From positions 2,460,001 to 2,492,000 of the forward strand of contig NC_020304.1 of NCBI RefSeq assembly GCF_000341395.1: 32,000 nucleotides of DNA, given 5' to 3'. Below the pieces are notes generated by a model. The model worked only from the letters and a program-made list of their open reading frames with translations, ran no database searches and had not been told where the DNA came from. The DNA comes from Desulfocapsa sulfexigens DSM 10523 (GTDB lineage Bacteria > Desulfobacterota > Desulfobulbia > Desulfobulbales > Desulfocapsaceae). The translations under genes and the position numbers were made by a program. This document shows, piece after piece, positions 1 through 10,035 of the stretch (its first letter is position 1; the number at the start of each line of letters is the position of its first letter).

Positions 1-1450
1 CCGGGTACATGTCGAAGTCTTCAACCCAGGTTGTGCCTATCTCAATTTGTGTGTCGATACGGCCATTTTTGCCTAATCCCACCATGTACCTTCCCTTCAT
101 GTGAAGACGGGCATAGGATGTGTCGGAAAGAAGTGCTTCTGAGGCACCGCGAAGATCTATAAACAGATAGTCGCCGTATTGAGGGAAAATAGATTCTTCT
201 GTATCTGAAAAACGAAAGGTTCCACCAAGACTGTAGAGAGCAGTGTTTTCGTCGGGCTCACCTTCAACACTGAACTGTTCGCTTGAAGCGAGGACGAAGC
301 CTTTGTAAAGAAGTGTGTCGGCAAGGTTTCTTCGTACGAATGCTGTTTCCATTTCAAGGGTGGCACTGCTTGTGTCGGGAGTCTGGTCAAATTCATAACT
401 GGCTGTCGATACCCATCTGTCAGTGAGAGGTTTTACAACCGGGATATTATACTGAGCCCGAATGATGCTTTCTGTCCAGGCAAGTTTGACAGAAAGCTCC
501 GAGTGGTGGCCGTAACGATTGAGTAATCTGTCGTCCCAGCGTGCGGATCCACGAATTCCTGTGTCGGAATCATAGCCGACCCCAAATGTAAATTTATGTG
601 GGGCAATCGGTTTCATAATCACAGTCAAAGGTAATTGTTGATCCAGTGATTCTTCGTAACGTGGGGTAATGGTTACTTCTCTGGCGTAATTACTTGCAAT
701 CAGATTCTGCTGAAATTCCAGCAGGGCCTCATAGGAATAGGGGGTTCCCTTTTCCATGGTGATGTATTTTGTGAGCAGGTCTGGATTAAGAAAATCCTGC
801 AGAAAAGTGATATTTCCAAAGTAATACAGAGGACCGGTATCCATGTGAAGAGTTAATTTTGCAGTGTTGCTATCAAGATCAACCAGCCATTCACTTGTTA
901 TGAATCTTGCCTTTGGATATCCATTGGAAAAGGCTATGTTCATAAAAGTATTCTTTGCTGCTTCATACTCTGCATGGATCAGGGTTTTCCCTGCCTTTCT
1001 AAGGTAATCCTTTATGCTCTGCTGGAGTGCCGGATGGTTCATTCCTTCACCAAACCATTGTACGTCTCTACCTGTTATGACAACAGGTTCTCCCTTGTCT
1101 ACTCTGTAGGTGGCGAACCATTGACCATCTTCTTCGATCAACGCCGAGCGAATCTCTGGAATATAATAGCCAAAGGGTTGCAGGGCTTCACGAATTTCCT
1201 GCGGCGCCTGCTGGTGTAGCTTCTTGATCCAACGCGGGGTGAGATCCTCGTCATTTTTCATTTTGTTGATATCGAGAAAAAGGAGGACATTTTGCCGAAA
1301 GGGGGCTTCGAGTCCGGTAAGGTCTACACTAAGAGGTGTTGCAGCCATGGCCGGAAAGGAAAACAGGATAAGGAGCAGGCTGAATGCAAGTTGGATGCTT
1401 CGTAAAACATACTGGCTGGGAATGCTTGGGAGGAACATAAAAATGTTCAT
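1..1450 (-). CDS. TamA/BamA-like (surface antigen D15 family) outer membrane protein, partial; runs off the left window edge
   Basis: Manual translation of the minus strand from ATG at 1450 gives MNIFMFLPSIPSQYVLRSIQLAFSLLLILFSFPAMAATPLSVDLTGLEAPFRQNVLLFLDINK..., a signal peptide followed by POTRA-like segments and KFTFGVGYDSDTGIRGSARWDDRLLNRYGHHSELSVKLSG, typical of the TamA/D15 barrel. The frame is open to base 1, and the provided ORF track omits it because no stop is inside the window. Confidence 0.85.
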   Translation of the reverse strand, partial: MNIFMFLPSIPSQYVLRSIQLAFSLLLILFSFPAMAATPLSVDLTGLEAPFRQNVLLFLDINKMKNDEDLTPRWIKKLHQQAPQEIREALQPFGYYIPEIRSALIEEDGQWFATYRVDKGEPVVITGRDVQWFGEGMNHPALQQSIKDYLRKAGKTLIHAEYEAAKNTFMNIAFSNGYPKARFITSEWLVDLDSNTAKLTLHMDTGPLYYFGNITFLQDFLNPDLLTKYITMEKGTPYSYEALLEFQQNLIASNYAREVTITPRYEESLDQQLPLTVIMKPIAPHKFTFGVGYDSDTGIRGSARWDDRLLNRYGHHSELSVKLAWTESIIRAQYNIPVVKPLTDRWVSTASYEFDQTPDTSSATLEMETAFVRRNLADTLLYKGFVLASSEQFSVEGEPDENTALYSLGGTFRFSDTEESIFPQYGDYLFIDLRGASEALLSDTSYARLHMKGRYMVGLGKNGRIDTQIEIGTTWVEDFDMYP

Positions 1451-1464
1451 AACAGAGCTTGTGA

Positions 1465-1929
1465 CTACTGGGTGGGTAGTGATTGTTTGCCTGAAATACT
1501 TTCTATTGAGACCTTGATAACAGCAGTTGCCTGTACCATTTTGTCTGGGAAGTCAAATTGCTTGTCACTGTACTGTGCCATGATGATAGCAAGGGCAAAT
1601 TTTTTCGCCTCGTTATTTTCCACTAGAGAAGCCTTGCCAAATCCTACAATGGACTGAAACTTCATACTCCAACTGCATGCTTTTTCGGCTGCAACCGTTT
1701 CAATGAGATGGTCAAACTCAAAACAGACATTCGGGTTGGTTGTAATCAGATTGATCTTTTTTCCCTCTTTGGCACCGTGGAAATAGAGTACATTGTCATG
1801 GTAGCCAAAGGAGAGCGGAATTACATAAGGTGTGTCTCCATCCACCATGGCAAGTCTGCAGATTTTCGCTTTTGCTATAATCGCAAGGAGTTCAGCGTGG
1901 TCTGTAATCTCTTTTTCTTTTCTTCGCAT
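1465..1929 (-). CDS. pyridoxamine 5'-phosphate oxidase family (NimA-like flavin-binding split barrel) protein
   Basis: MRRKEKEITDHAELLAIIAKAKICRLAMVDGDTPYVIPLSFGYHDNVLYFHGAKEGKKINLI, the characteristic N-terminus of NimA/PNPOx-like proteins. Confidence 0.85.
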   Translation of the reverse strand: MRRKEKEITDHAELLAIIAKAKICRLAMVDGDTPYVIPLSFGYHDNVLYFHGAKEGKKINLITTNPNVCFEFDHLIETVAAEKACSWSMKFQSIVGFGKASLVENNEAKKFALAIIMAQYSDKQFDFPDKMVQATAVIKVSIESISGKQSLPTQ

Positions 1930-1966
1930 GATGGTTTTTTGTCTGGGTAAAAAAAGGAGGCGTTTC

Positions 1967-2644
1967 TCAATCTTTTAGTAAAATAGCACAGCCTGCTGTA
2001 ATCATTACGCCTCCTGCACATCTGTTGGTCATCTTAAGAGCTTTTGCACTTTTAAAGAGTTGTCCGGCTCGCGCAGCTGTCCAGGCGTAGCAGAGAAGAA
2101 CGCTTCCAAGGACTGTGGTAACCACGATGCTGATTGCCAGAATGTCAAGATGACTGAGGCTGGCAAGATCAACAAAGGTGGGAAGAAAACCGAGGTAAAA
2201 GAGAATGACCTTTGGATTTGCAAGGGTGATAATCAGTCCGCTACCAAAATTCTTTTTCCACGACAGTTCTTTAATGCCTTCTATGGAAACTGGTTCCGGC
2301 GCAGAACGCCATATTTTGATTCCCAGCCAGATCAGGTAAAGCCCGCCACCATATTTTACAAAGACAAAAAAGCTACCAAGTATTTCAGCCATGGCGGAAA
2401 GGCCATAGACAGCGAGTAGCAGGAATATAAGGTCTCCTGTGACAATGCCAAGTACTAGGATAGCAGCATGGGCAAAGCCATTGGAGAGGGCACGTGCCAC
2501 CGTAGCAAAGACGCCAGGTCCTGGGGATGCTGCCAGGAGAAACATGGCAGCACCGAAGGTGATGAGTGTTAAAGTTGTCATGGGCTTTTGTTCAAGGTAG
2601 TTAGGCAAAAGGCTGAAGGGTTGATAAGAGTATTTTTTTTTCAC
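1967..2644 (-). CDS. LysE/RhtB family translocator
   Basis: Multi-TM ORF with AASPGPGVFATVARALSNGFAHAAILVLGIVTGD, typical of LysE-type amino acid exporters. Confidence 0.85.
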   Translation of the reverse strand: MKKKYSYQPFSLLPNYLEQKPMTTLTLITFGAAMFLLAASPGPGVFATVARALSNGFAHAAILVLGIVTGDLIFLLLAVYGLSAMAEILGSFFVFVKYGGGLYLIWLGIKIWRSAPEPVSIEGIKELSWKKNFGSGLIITLANPKVILFYLGFLPTFVDLASLSHLDILAISIVVTTVLGSVLLCYAWTAARAGQLFKSAKALKMTNRCAGGVMITAGCAILLKD

Positions 2645-2729
2645 CTTCAGCCTGATACAGGTATATAACGAACCCTGTTTATGTAGTAAAGAGACATATT
2701 ACCACAAAACGGAAAATCGAGTTATAGCG

Positions 2730-3917
2730 TTACAGGGCCTTGGCCTTGTCCATGGCTCTCTGAAATGCAGCAGCGGATCCTGCTATAACGTCGTCACCGA
2801 CGCAAAAGGCCAGTCTGAAGTAACCGGGTGCTCCAAATCCCTGACCAGGAACGGCGAGGATTTTTTCTTCCTGAAGAATTGCACAGAATTTCACATCATC
2901 TGCAATAGGTGCTTTTGGAAAGACATAGAAGGCACCCTTGGGTGGAATGAAGTCATATCCGGCGTCACTTAAAAGCTTACAGAAGGTTTCACGTCGCTTG
3001 ACATAGATGGAGTTGTCGACACTTGCATCCTGAAGTTCTGCAACAACGCGCTGCATAAGAGCAGGGGCGTTGACAAAACCAAGAATACGATTGGCAAGGG
3101 TCATGGCATCGAGAAGGGCAGCTTTGTCAGCGATGTCGGGGTGTACAGCCAGGTATCCAATCCTCTCGCCTGGAAGAGAGAGATCCTTGGAGTAGGAAGA
3201 GAGTACGATGGAATTCTTTGTCGCCTGAAAGACGCTGCCCACCACATTATCGTCAAAGATGATTTTGCGGTAGGGCTCATCGGCGATCAGATAAATGGTG
3301 GTCTTCAGCTCCGCACCTTTCTTGTCCAGCAGTGCGCCGAGTTTGTTTAAGGACTCCTGGGAGTAGATTTGACCGGTAGGGTTGTTGGGAGAGTTGGTGA
3401 TTACAACTTTTGTGTTTTCAGTGATAGCGGCTTCAATGGCTGCCATATCAAGATTAAACTCAGCATCGGTCTGGACAACCTTGCTTACTCCGCCATGGTT
3501 GTCAACGTAGAAATTGTATTCCACAAAGTAGGGAGCGAGAAGGATCACTTCCTCCCCGGGATTGAGTAGAGCTTTCATCACCACATTTAAGGCACCAGCA
3601 GCTCCACAGGTCATAAGCATATCGCCATGGAAGACATCTATGCCCTGCTCCTGGGACATTTTTCCGGCAAGTGCTTCACGTACCCACGGGTAGCCGCCGT
3701 TTGGCATATAGGCATGAACCATGGGTGTTTCGTCTTTAACGATTTCCTGAATAACCCTGTTGTACTCAGGCGGTGGCGGGACGTCGGGGTTACCGAGGCT
3801 GAAGTCAAAAACATTTTCGGCTCCGTATTTGGCCTTCATCTTGGCGCCTTCTTCAAACATCTTACGAATCCAGGATGATTTTTCGGCAAAGCCACGCATT
3901 TTTGTTGAAATAGTCAT
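2730..3917 (-). CDS. pyridoxal phosphate-dependent aminotransferase, class I/II
   Basis: FSLGNPDVPPPPEYNRVI, VVITNSPNNPTGQIYS, YLIADEPYRKI and the PLP-lysine region SYSKDLSLPGERIGYLAV. Confidence 0.93.
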   Translation of the reverse strand: MTISTKMRGFAEKSSWIRKMFEEGAKMKAKYGAENVFDFSLGNPDVPPPPEYNRVIQEIVKDETPMVHAYMPNGGYPWVREALAGKMSQEQGIDVFHGDMLMTCGAAGALNVVMKALLNPGEEVILLAPYFVEYNFYVDNHGGVSKVVQTDAEFNLDMAAIEAAITENTKVVITNSPNNPTGQIYSQESLNKLGALLDKKGAELKTTIYLIADEPYRKIIFDDNVVGSVFQATKNSIVLSSYSKDLSLPGERIGYLAVHPDIADKAALLDAMTLANRILGFVNAPALMQRVVAELQDASVDNSIYVKRRETFCKLLSDAGYDFIPPKGAFYVFPKAPIADDVKFCAILQEEKILAVPGQGFGAPGYFRLAFCVGDDVIAGSAAAFQRAMDKAKAL

Positions 3918-3952
3918 TTATTTTACTCCTTAATATGTCTCTTGATAAGCTT

Positions 3953-4783
3953 TTATTCTTTCTTCAGGAAATCATATGCAGCATTGATTTCTTTCATTTT
4001 TTCTTCGGCTACAGCACGGAATTCCTGGCCCAGGTGGTTCACCTTATCCGGATGATATTTCATGCTGAGTTTCCTGTACGCCTTTTTGATGGCATCCTTG
4101 TCTGCACCGGGACTGAGTCCCAGTACCGCATAATAATGATCCGTGGAGCCCCCCCTTCCTGAACTGCTCTGCTGCTGTCTGCCATACTTGTATTTTGCCT
4201 CGATGGTTCTTTTGTCATATTCCTTGATTTGCAGATAATCAGCAATATCCCGGGCTACCTTCAATTCTGCCTCGGGTACCTGTGTCTTGGTATAGAGCAC
4301 CTGATAAATGAGTTCAAGAAGAATGAGGCGCGGTTCGTAGGCAAAGGTATTGCGGAATTCCAGAAGCAGGGATTCCATGGATTGTGTTGAGTCAACGGCC
4401 TCTCTAATAAGATCTTTGACCCAGTACATCCTGGTTTGATCATACCGGAGATTCTGCTGGAAAAAACGCTGAATGGTGGAGATTTCTTCTTTGGTTACAG
4501 TACCATCAATCTTGGCAATGCTGATGAGAATTTGAACCAGGAGCCATACAAATCGATTATGGCTCTCCGTCTGAGACGATTCGTATGTGGAAACCTTGCT
4601 TTTAATCCAGTAACTGAATCCCCAGAAAATACCAATAAATATCAGAACAGCTACAATGCCGGAGTAGAGGAGAAAACCAAGAAAGTTAAATAGCCCCGAG
4701 AAGCCACTGGTAAGAAGTATGAAAAGAAGCAGGACAAGAAGGCACCCTCCGCACCCTGGTTGTTCACGTCGTTGGTATTGCAT
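3953..4783 (-). CDS. membrane-anchored TerB/DjlA-like protein with C-terminal J domain
   Basis: N-terminal hydrophobic segments, a central TerB-like helical region ([22 protein letters not shown]) and the C-terminal J domain [38 protein letters not shown] with HPD motif. Confidence 0.85.
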   Translation of the reverse strand: MQYQRREQPGCGGCLLVLLLFILLTSGFSGLFNFLGFLLYSGIVAVLIFIGIFWGFSYWIKSKVSTYESSQTESHNRFVWLLVQILISIAKIDGTVTKEEISTIQRFFQQNLRYDQTRMYWVKDLIREAVDSTQSMESLLLEFRNTFAYEPRLILLELIYQVLYTKTQVPEAELKVARDIADYLQIKEYDKRTIEAKYKYGRQQQSSSGRGGSTDHYYAVLGLSPGADKDAIKKAYRKLSMKYHPDKVNHLGQEFRAVAEEKMKEINAAYDFLKKE

Positions 4784-4806
4784 GGTATTGGAAAATTATA
4801 TAAATA

Positions 4807-5925
4807 TTAGTGGTTGTGGGTTTCGTCACCAAAAAGGGCATTGATAAAGTCATCGGGATTAAAGTCGCGGAGGTCATCGATCTGCTCTCCAATACCGATA
4901 AAACGGATGGGGATTGAAAGCTCGCGGCAAATACAGGCAACAATGCCACCCTTGGCCGTGCCATCAAGTTTGGTGAGTGCAAGGCCGGTGATCCCAACGG
5001 CATCATTAAAAAGCTTTGCCTGGGAAACTGCATTCTGGCCTGTTGTGGCATCGAGCACCAGCAGAATTTCATGCGGGGCACCTTCAAGCCGTTTCCCCAT
5101 GACCCGTTTTATTTTTTTCAACTCTTCCATAAGGTTGACCTGGGTGTGGAGGCGTCCTGCAGTGTCCACAATAACCACGTCGTATTCTTTTGCCACGGCA
5201 AGATCTATGGCGTCAAAGGCTACGGCCGATGGGTCAGCTCCTTCCTGCTGGTGGACAACGGTGACGTCGTTACGCTCTCCCCAGATCTTCAATTGGGCTA
5301 CGGCGGCGGCGCGAAAGGTGTCTGCAGCAACAAGTAGAACAGACTGACCGGCCTGTTTGAACTTTTTGGTGATTTTACCAATCGTTGTGGTTTTTCCAAC
5401 GCCATTCACCCCGACAACCATGATCACAAAAGGTCCCGATTCTGGCCTGACAAGTTCCGCCGGCTGGTCGGACTCCATGAGAAAAGAGCGTAACTTTTCT
5501 TTAAGTACGATTTTCAATTCCTGCGGGTCAGAGAGTGCGTTGCGCTTTACGTTTCTTCTGGCATCATCAAGGAGTTCCATGGTGGTGTTGATACCGAGAT
5601 CCGCAGTGATCAGGATTTCTTCGAGCTCGTCAAAGAGGTCAGCATCGATCTCCTTTCTGCCGAGAAAGAGAGTGTCCATCCGGTGGACAAGTGACTCTTT
5701 GGTCTTGCTGAGGCGTGTGGAGAGGCGCTGAAACATCGTTCCTAATCCAGATGCTTCCTCCTTTTTAACTCCTTCTGTGGCGCTGTCTGACTTTTTGGGT
5801 TCTGTGACAGATGGCAGACACTCCGGGGAGGACAGAACGGTATCCGAGACTATTCCTTTCTCTTTTTCTTTTAGTGTGGCAGCCTCATCATTTTTTGAAA
5901 ATTTCTTTTTGAACCAACCTAGCAT
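4807..5925 (-). CDS. ftsY: signal recognition particle receptor FtsY
   Basis: SRP GTPase NG domain: GVNGVGKTTTIGKITKKF, LLVAADTFRAAAVAQL, VDTAGRLHTQVNLMEEL, LDATTGQNAVSQAKLF, TKLDGTAKGG, IGIGEQIDDLRDFNPDDF. Confidence 0.97.
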   Translation of the reverse strand: MLGWFKKKFSKNDEAATLKEKEKGIVSDTVLSSPECLPSVTEPKKSDSATEGVKKEEASGLGTMFQRLSTRLSKTKESLVHRMDTLFLGRKEIDADLFDELEEILITADLGINTTMELLDDARRNVKRNALSDPQELKIVLKEKLRSFLMESDQPAELVRPESGPFVIMVVGVNGVGKTTTIGKITKKFKQAGQSVLLVAADTFRAAAVAQLKIWGERNDVTVVHQQEGADPSAVAFDAIDLAVAKEYDVVIVDTAGRLHTQVNLMEELKKIKRVMGKRLEGAPHEILLVLDATTGQNAVSQAKLFNDAVGITGLALTKLDGTAKGGIVACICRELSIPIRFIGIGEQIDDLRDFNPDDFINALFGDETHNH

Positions 5926-6220
5926 TTATGGAATCCCTGTTAAGAACGAGTTGAATTGTGAAACATATACATGAAAAACTTTCCATACTACGGCTAGATC
6001 AAGAAGAAAGCAATAAAAACAGACACTGTTTGCTGCCATTTTACTATTCTAATTTGGGAGATGGAAAATATTTGCTTTTCCGGAGAACAGCATTAGTGTA
6101 TGCCTTGGTTGTGAGCCGCCTGAGTGATCAGTTCATTAGCTGTGGCGCGACTGTTTGCGGCTGGAAAATAACAGATAATTCTGTTTTATAAACGTTTATA
6201 TATTGTATGAGGAGAATGTT

Positions 6221-7204
6221 ATGTCTAGTTCATGTGGATCAAGTAGTTCCTGTTCAAGCAGTTCTTGCGGTAGCAATACCAAAGAATCCCAACAAGCTAA
6301 AATGGCGCAGCAGGACAATGCCATTACCCGATCTCTTGGGAAGATCAAAAATAAAATTCTTGTAATGAGTGGAAAGGGTGGGGTAGGTAAGTCCACCGTC
6401 TCGGTCAATCTGGCACTCGGTCTTGCAGCAAGAGGTCATAAAGTTGGGTTGATGGATGTTGATCTTCATGGCCCGGATGTTATTCGGATGCTTAATCTTA
6501 AGGGAAGCCTTGAGGCGCCAAAGAATCCCAATGATCTCGTTGCTCCCCTTCAGTACAATGATAACCTTAAGGTGGTTTCCCTTGAATATATGATGAAAAA
6601 TCGGGACGAGGCTATCATCTGGCGCGGTCCCTTGAAAATTCAGGCTATTCGTCAGTTCGTCGCTGATATGGATTGGGGTGAATTAGATTACCTCATCGTG
6701 GATGCTCCTCCAGGAACCGGTGATGAACCCCTTTCCGTTGCTCAAACGATTCCTCACGTGAAGGCTATAGTTGTTACAACCCCCCAGAAGGTTGCCCTGG
6801 CCGATGTCCGGAAATCGCTCAATTTTTGTAAGACAGTTGAAATGGATGTGACTGGTATTATAGAAAACATGTCAGGATTTGTCTGTCCTGAATGTAACAC
6901 TACCGTGAATATCTTTAAGACTGGCGGCGGGGAGGAGCTTTCCCGTGAATTTGATTTGCCTTTCCTTGGTGCTGTTCCCATGGATCCGAAGGTTGTTATC
7001 GCTGGAGATGATGGTGTTCCCTATCTTTCATCCGATGCCAAGAGTCCCGCAACTGCGGCTTTTGCCAAGATAATTGATGCTGTTGAGCTGCGTCTGCCTC
7101 CAGTTGCCGCCCCCGTAACCCTGAACATGGCTTCTACTGATTCTGGTTCTTCGGATTGTGGTTGTGGCAGTGGGGGATGCAATCCAAATACCTGTGATTG
7201 CTGA
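6221..7204 (+). CDS. Mrp/NBP35-family Fe-S cluster carrier ATPase with Cys-rich N- and C-terminal tails
   Basis: ILVMSGKGGVGKSTVSVNLALGLAARGHKVGLMDVDLHGPD (deviant Walker A) and PPGTGDEPLS. The track starts at TTG 6203, but GAGGAG lies at 6210-6214, so ATG 6221 is the likely start. Confidence 0.93.
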   Translation: MSSSCGSSSSCSSSSCGSNTKESQQAKMAQQDNAITRSLGKIKNKILVMSGKGGVGKSTVSVNLALGLAARGHKVGLMDVDLHGPDVIRMLNLKGSLEAPKNPNDLVAPLQYNDNLKVVSLEYMMKNRDEAIIWRGPLKIQAIRQFVADMDWGELDYLIVDAPPGTGDEPLSVAQTIPHVKAIVVTTPQKVALADVRKSLNFCKTVEMDVTGIIENMSGFVCPECNTTVNIFKTGGGEELSREFDLPFLGAVPMDPKVVIAGDDGVPYLSSDAKSPATAAFAKIIDAVELRLPPVAAPVTLNMASTDSGSSDCGCGSGGCNPNTCDC

Positions 7205-7416
7205 TATGCGGTAAAATATTTGTCAGCACCACCTGTGCCCGATCTTCCTTTTCCATACAGCGAAAACTATTATGGGAAAGGGGATCGAACACATGTGAGG
7301 CACTGCTGAACGTTTCCCTCTGGGTATACTACTGGTAAAGGACTTGAAAGAGATTCTCAGTGCTTTGAGTTGTTTCTCTTCAGTCTTCAGCCTTTAACTT
7401 CTCTTTTCCTGAATAT

Positions 7417-8046
7417 ATGTTCTTAAAACAAATTACCGTTGGTTCGATGGGAGTGTGCTGCTATATTGTCGGCTGCTCCAAAACTTCCCTGTGTGCTGTG
7501 ATTGATCCCGGCGGCGATGAGGATACTATCCTCGAAGAAGTAAAGAAGGCCGGACTTACCATCGATAGTATTATTGCCACCCATGGTCATCCTGATCATG
7601 TGTGCGGCAATCGAATACTTAAAGAGGCAAGTGGCGCCGATATTATCATGCACGAAGCTGATTCTGCGTTTTTCAGTAAACCTGAAGTGCAGAATTATTT
7701 TTCCATGCTTGGCCTTGAACCGTCTCCTCCTGCGGATCGTACCGTGAAGGATGGTGACGTGATCACTGTTGGTGAGGAAGAACTTCTTGTTATCCATACT
7801 CCTGGACACACCCCTGGCGGGATCTGTCTCTACTGTGCTCCGGATCTGATCACTGGAGATTCTCTGTTTGTTGGCGGTATCGGAAGAACTGATTTTCCCG
7901 GTGGCTCTCATGATGAGCTGATCAGGGCCATCAAGGGAAGACTGCTTAGCCTACCACCGGAAACAGTTGTCTGGCCGGGACATGGTTATGGTGGGTCTCG
8001 TTCAACCATCGAAGAAGAGGCCCGATCTAATCCTTATTTGAGCTGA
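7417..8046 (+). CDS. MBL-fold metallo-hydrolase (glyoxalase II-like)
   Basis: Metal-binding motif THGHPDH (H-x-H-x-D-H), then HTPGHTPGGICLY and GDSLFVGGIGRTDFPGG. Confidence 0.92.
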   Translation: MFLKQITVGSMGVCCYIVGCSKTSLCAVIDPGGDEDTILEEVKKAGLTIDSIIATHGHPDHVCGNRILKEASGADIIMHEADSAFFSKPEVQNYFSMLGLEPSPPADRTVKDGDVITVGEEELLVIHTPGHTPGGICLYCAPDLITGDSLFVGGIGRTDFPGGSHDELIRAIKGRLLSLPPETVVWPGHGYGGSRSTIEEEARSNPYLS

Positions 8047-8070
8047 TTATTCAATAACCAACAATTCCTT

Positions 8071-10002
8071 ATGCGTGAAATAGTCCTAGGTACAGCAGGT
8101 CATGTTGATCATGGCAAAACCAGTTTTGTTCGTGCGCTTACCGGTATTGAGACCGATCGTCTCAAGGAGGAAAAAAAGCGTGGGATTACTATTGAACTGG
8201 GGTTTGCCTACCTTGACCTTCCCTGTGGCCATCGCCTGGGAATTGTGGATGTACCTGGCCATGAAAAATTCGTAAAAAACATGGTGTCCGGAGTCTCTGG
8301 CATGGATCTTGTTGCTTTTATCATTGCAGCAGATGAAGGGATTATGCCGCAGACAGAGGAACATTTTGAAATCTGTCGTCTGTTAGGAGTGAAACAGGGG
8401 ATCATCGTCATTACCAAAAAAGACATGGTGGATGAAGAGTGGCTGGAGATGGTCACCGAGGAGGTACGGGAATACTGTAAAGACAGTTTTCTTGAGGATG
8501 CGCCTCTCGTCCACGTCTCTTCCACCACCGGCGAGGGGATAGACGAGATACGTGGGCTTCTCAATACATTCGTTGCAGGACAGCAATTTAAAGAGGTGCA
8601 TGGACCTTTTCGTCTTCCCGTTGATCGTATATTTGCCATGAAAGGTTTCGGGGCTGTGATTACCGGAACCTCCATGTCTGGACGCGTTGCCATTGGAGAG
8701 GAACTCTGTTTTTATCCCACTGATATGGTTTCTAAAGTACGTGGTATCCAGGTACATTCCGCGGAGGTTGAAACCGTGGAAGCCGGGCATCGTACTGCCA
8801 TAAATCTCCAGGGTGTGGATACTGCTGCAGTGGCTCGCGGAATGGTTGCCGCTACCCCCGGCAGTCTCTTGCCAGGCTATATGCTGGACTGTGAATTCCT
8901 TTATCTTGCGTCAAATACAAAACCTTTAAAACACCGGACTCGGGTTCGGATCCATCTGGGAACAGCTGAGGTCATGGGCAGAATTTCACTCCTTGACCGT
9001 GATTTATTGCAGCCTGGAGATACGGCCAGTATACAGATCCTACTCGAAGAGGCTGTTGCGGTGTGGCCCGGGGATCGCTATGTGGTTCGCTCCTATTCGC
9101 CCGTCGGCACCATAGGTGGCGGCGAGGTTCTTGGCAATATGCCTCCGCGGAAACGCAAGCGTGTCACCGAGCGTGATCGAGAGGCGAACATCCGGAGTTT
9201 TACTGTATTGCGTGGTGAGGACGTAGAAGAGAAAATTCTGCTGTTTCTACGAGAAAGTGGAACCTCGGGACTCACGTTTGATGAACTCGCAGTCCGTCTT
9301 GGGATCTTTGGAAAACAGCTGAAAAAAATAATTACCACTCCCTTATCATCGAGAAAAATTGTGGTGGTGGATTCCTCCAGCCAGCGCTATCTTGCCAAAA
9401 GTGTCAGTGACGGTGTGGAAGAAGTTGTGTTAACAAACCTTGGACGCTATCATAGTTCAAATCCACTGCAGATAGGTCTGTCAAAGGAGGAACTGCGTTC
9501 AGGGCTTGGATCCAATGTTGATCAGAAGGTCTTTCACTTCTGTCTCCTGGAGCTGCAGAAGAAGGAACTGGTTGCTCTGGAAGATTCAGTGGTACGACTT
9601 GCCTCGCATCAGGTTGCTCTACAGGCTGATGAGAAGAAATTACAGGAGGATCTTGAGCACTGGTATCGGGAAAAAGGCTTAATCGCTCCAACCATGCGGG
9701 AGAGCATGGAACAGTTCAATGATTATCCGGAATCGCTGGTGAAAGAGGTCTTTGGGATTTTGCTGAGAGAAGGTAAACTGGTGAAAGTCAGCGAAAGCCT
9801 TTATTATGACGCTGCTGCCATTGATGCATTACGCGAGAAAATGACAGCTTTTATCGAAAATGAAGGGGAGATCGATGCCCCGCGCTTTAAAAATCTCACG
9901 GGGCTGACACGGAAGTTCTCCATTCCTCTTCTTGAATACTTTGATCGTATGAAGCTTACTATTCGAGTGGGCGATAAGCGCGTTCTGAGAAAAACACGAT
10001 AA
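8071..10002 (+). CDS. selB: selenocysteine-specific translation elongation factor SelB
   Basis: [51 protein letters not shown]-domain [15 protein letters not shown], and C-terminal winged-helix repeats ([26 protein letters not shown]). Confidence 0.96.
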   Translation: MREIVLGTAGHVDHGKTSFVRALTGIETDRLKEEKKRGITIELGFAYLDLPCGHRLGIVDVPGHEKFVKNMVSGVSGMDLVAFIIAADEGIMPQTEEHFEICRLLGVKQGIIVITKKDMVDEEWLEMVTEEVREYCKDSFLEDAPLVHVSSTTGEGIDEIRGLLNTFVAGQQFKEVHGPFRLPVDRIFAMKGFGAVITGTSMSGRVAIGEELCFYPTDMVSKVRGIQVHSAEVETVEAGHRTAINLQGVDTAAVARGMVAATPGSLLPGYMLDCEFLYLASNTKPLKHRTRVRIHLGTAEVMGRISLLDRDLLQPGDTASIQILLEEAVAVWPGDRYVVRSYSPVGTIGGGEVLGNMPPRKRKRVTERDREANIRSFTVLRGEDVEEKILLFLRESGTSGLTFDELAVRLGIFGKQLKKIITTPLSSRKIVVVDSSSQRYLAKSVSDGVEEVVLTNLGRYHSSNPLQIGLSKEELRSGLGSNVDQKVFHFCLLELQKKELVALEDSVVRLASHQVALQADEKKLQEDLEHWYREKGLIAPTMRESMEQFNDYPESLVKEVFGILLREGKLVKVSESLYYDAAAIDALREKMTAFIENEGEIDAPRFKNLTGLTRKFSIPLLEYFDRMKLTIRVGDKRVLRKTR

Positions 10003-10035
10003 CAGACACCCACTGAATCTCTGCAGTATTCCTGT

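Noticed and set aside
2060-2419. 119-aa plus-strand ORF opposite the LysE-family gene
   Set aside because: Antisense to a clear family member. Its composition is atypical and no domain is recognisable, so it is most likely a mirror of codon bias.
4814-5347. 177-aa plus-strand ORF opposite ftsY
   Set aside because: Low-complexity Ser/Arg-rich antisense reading of the conserved GTPase domain.
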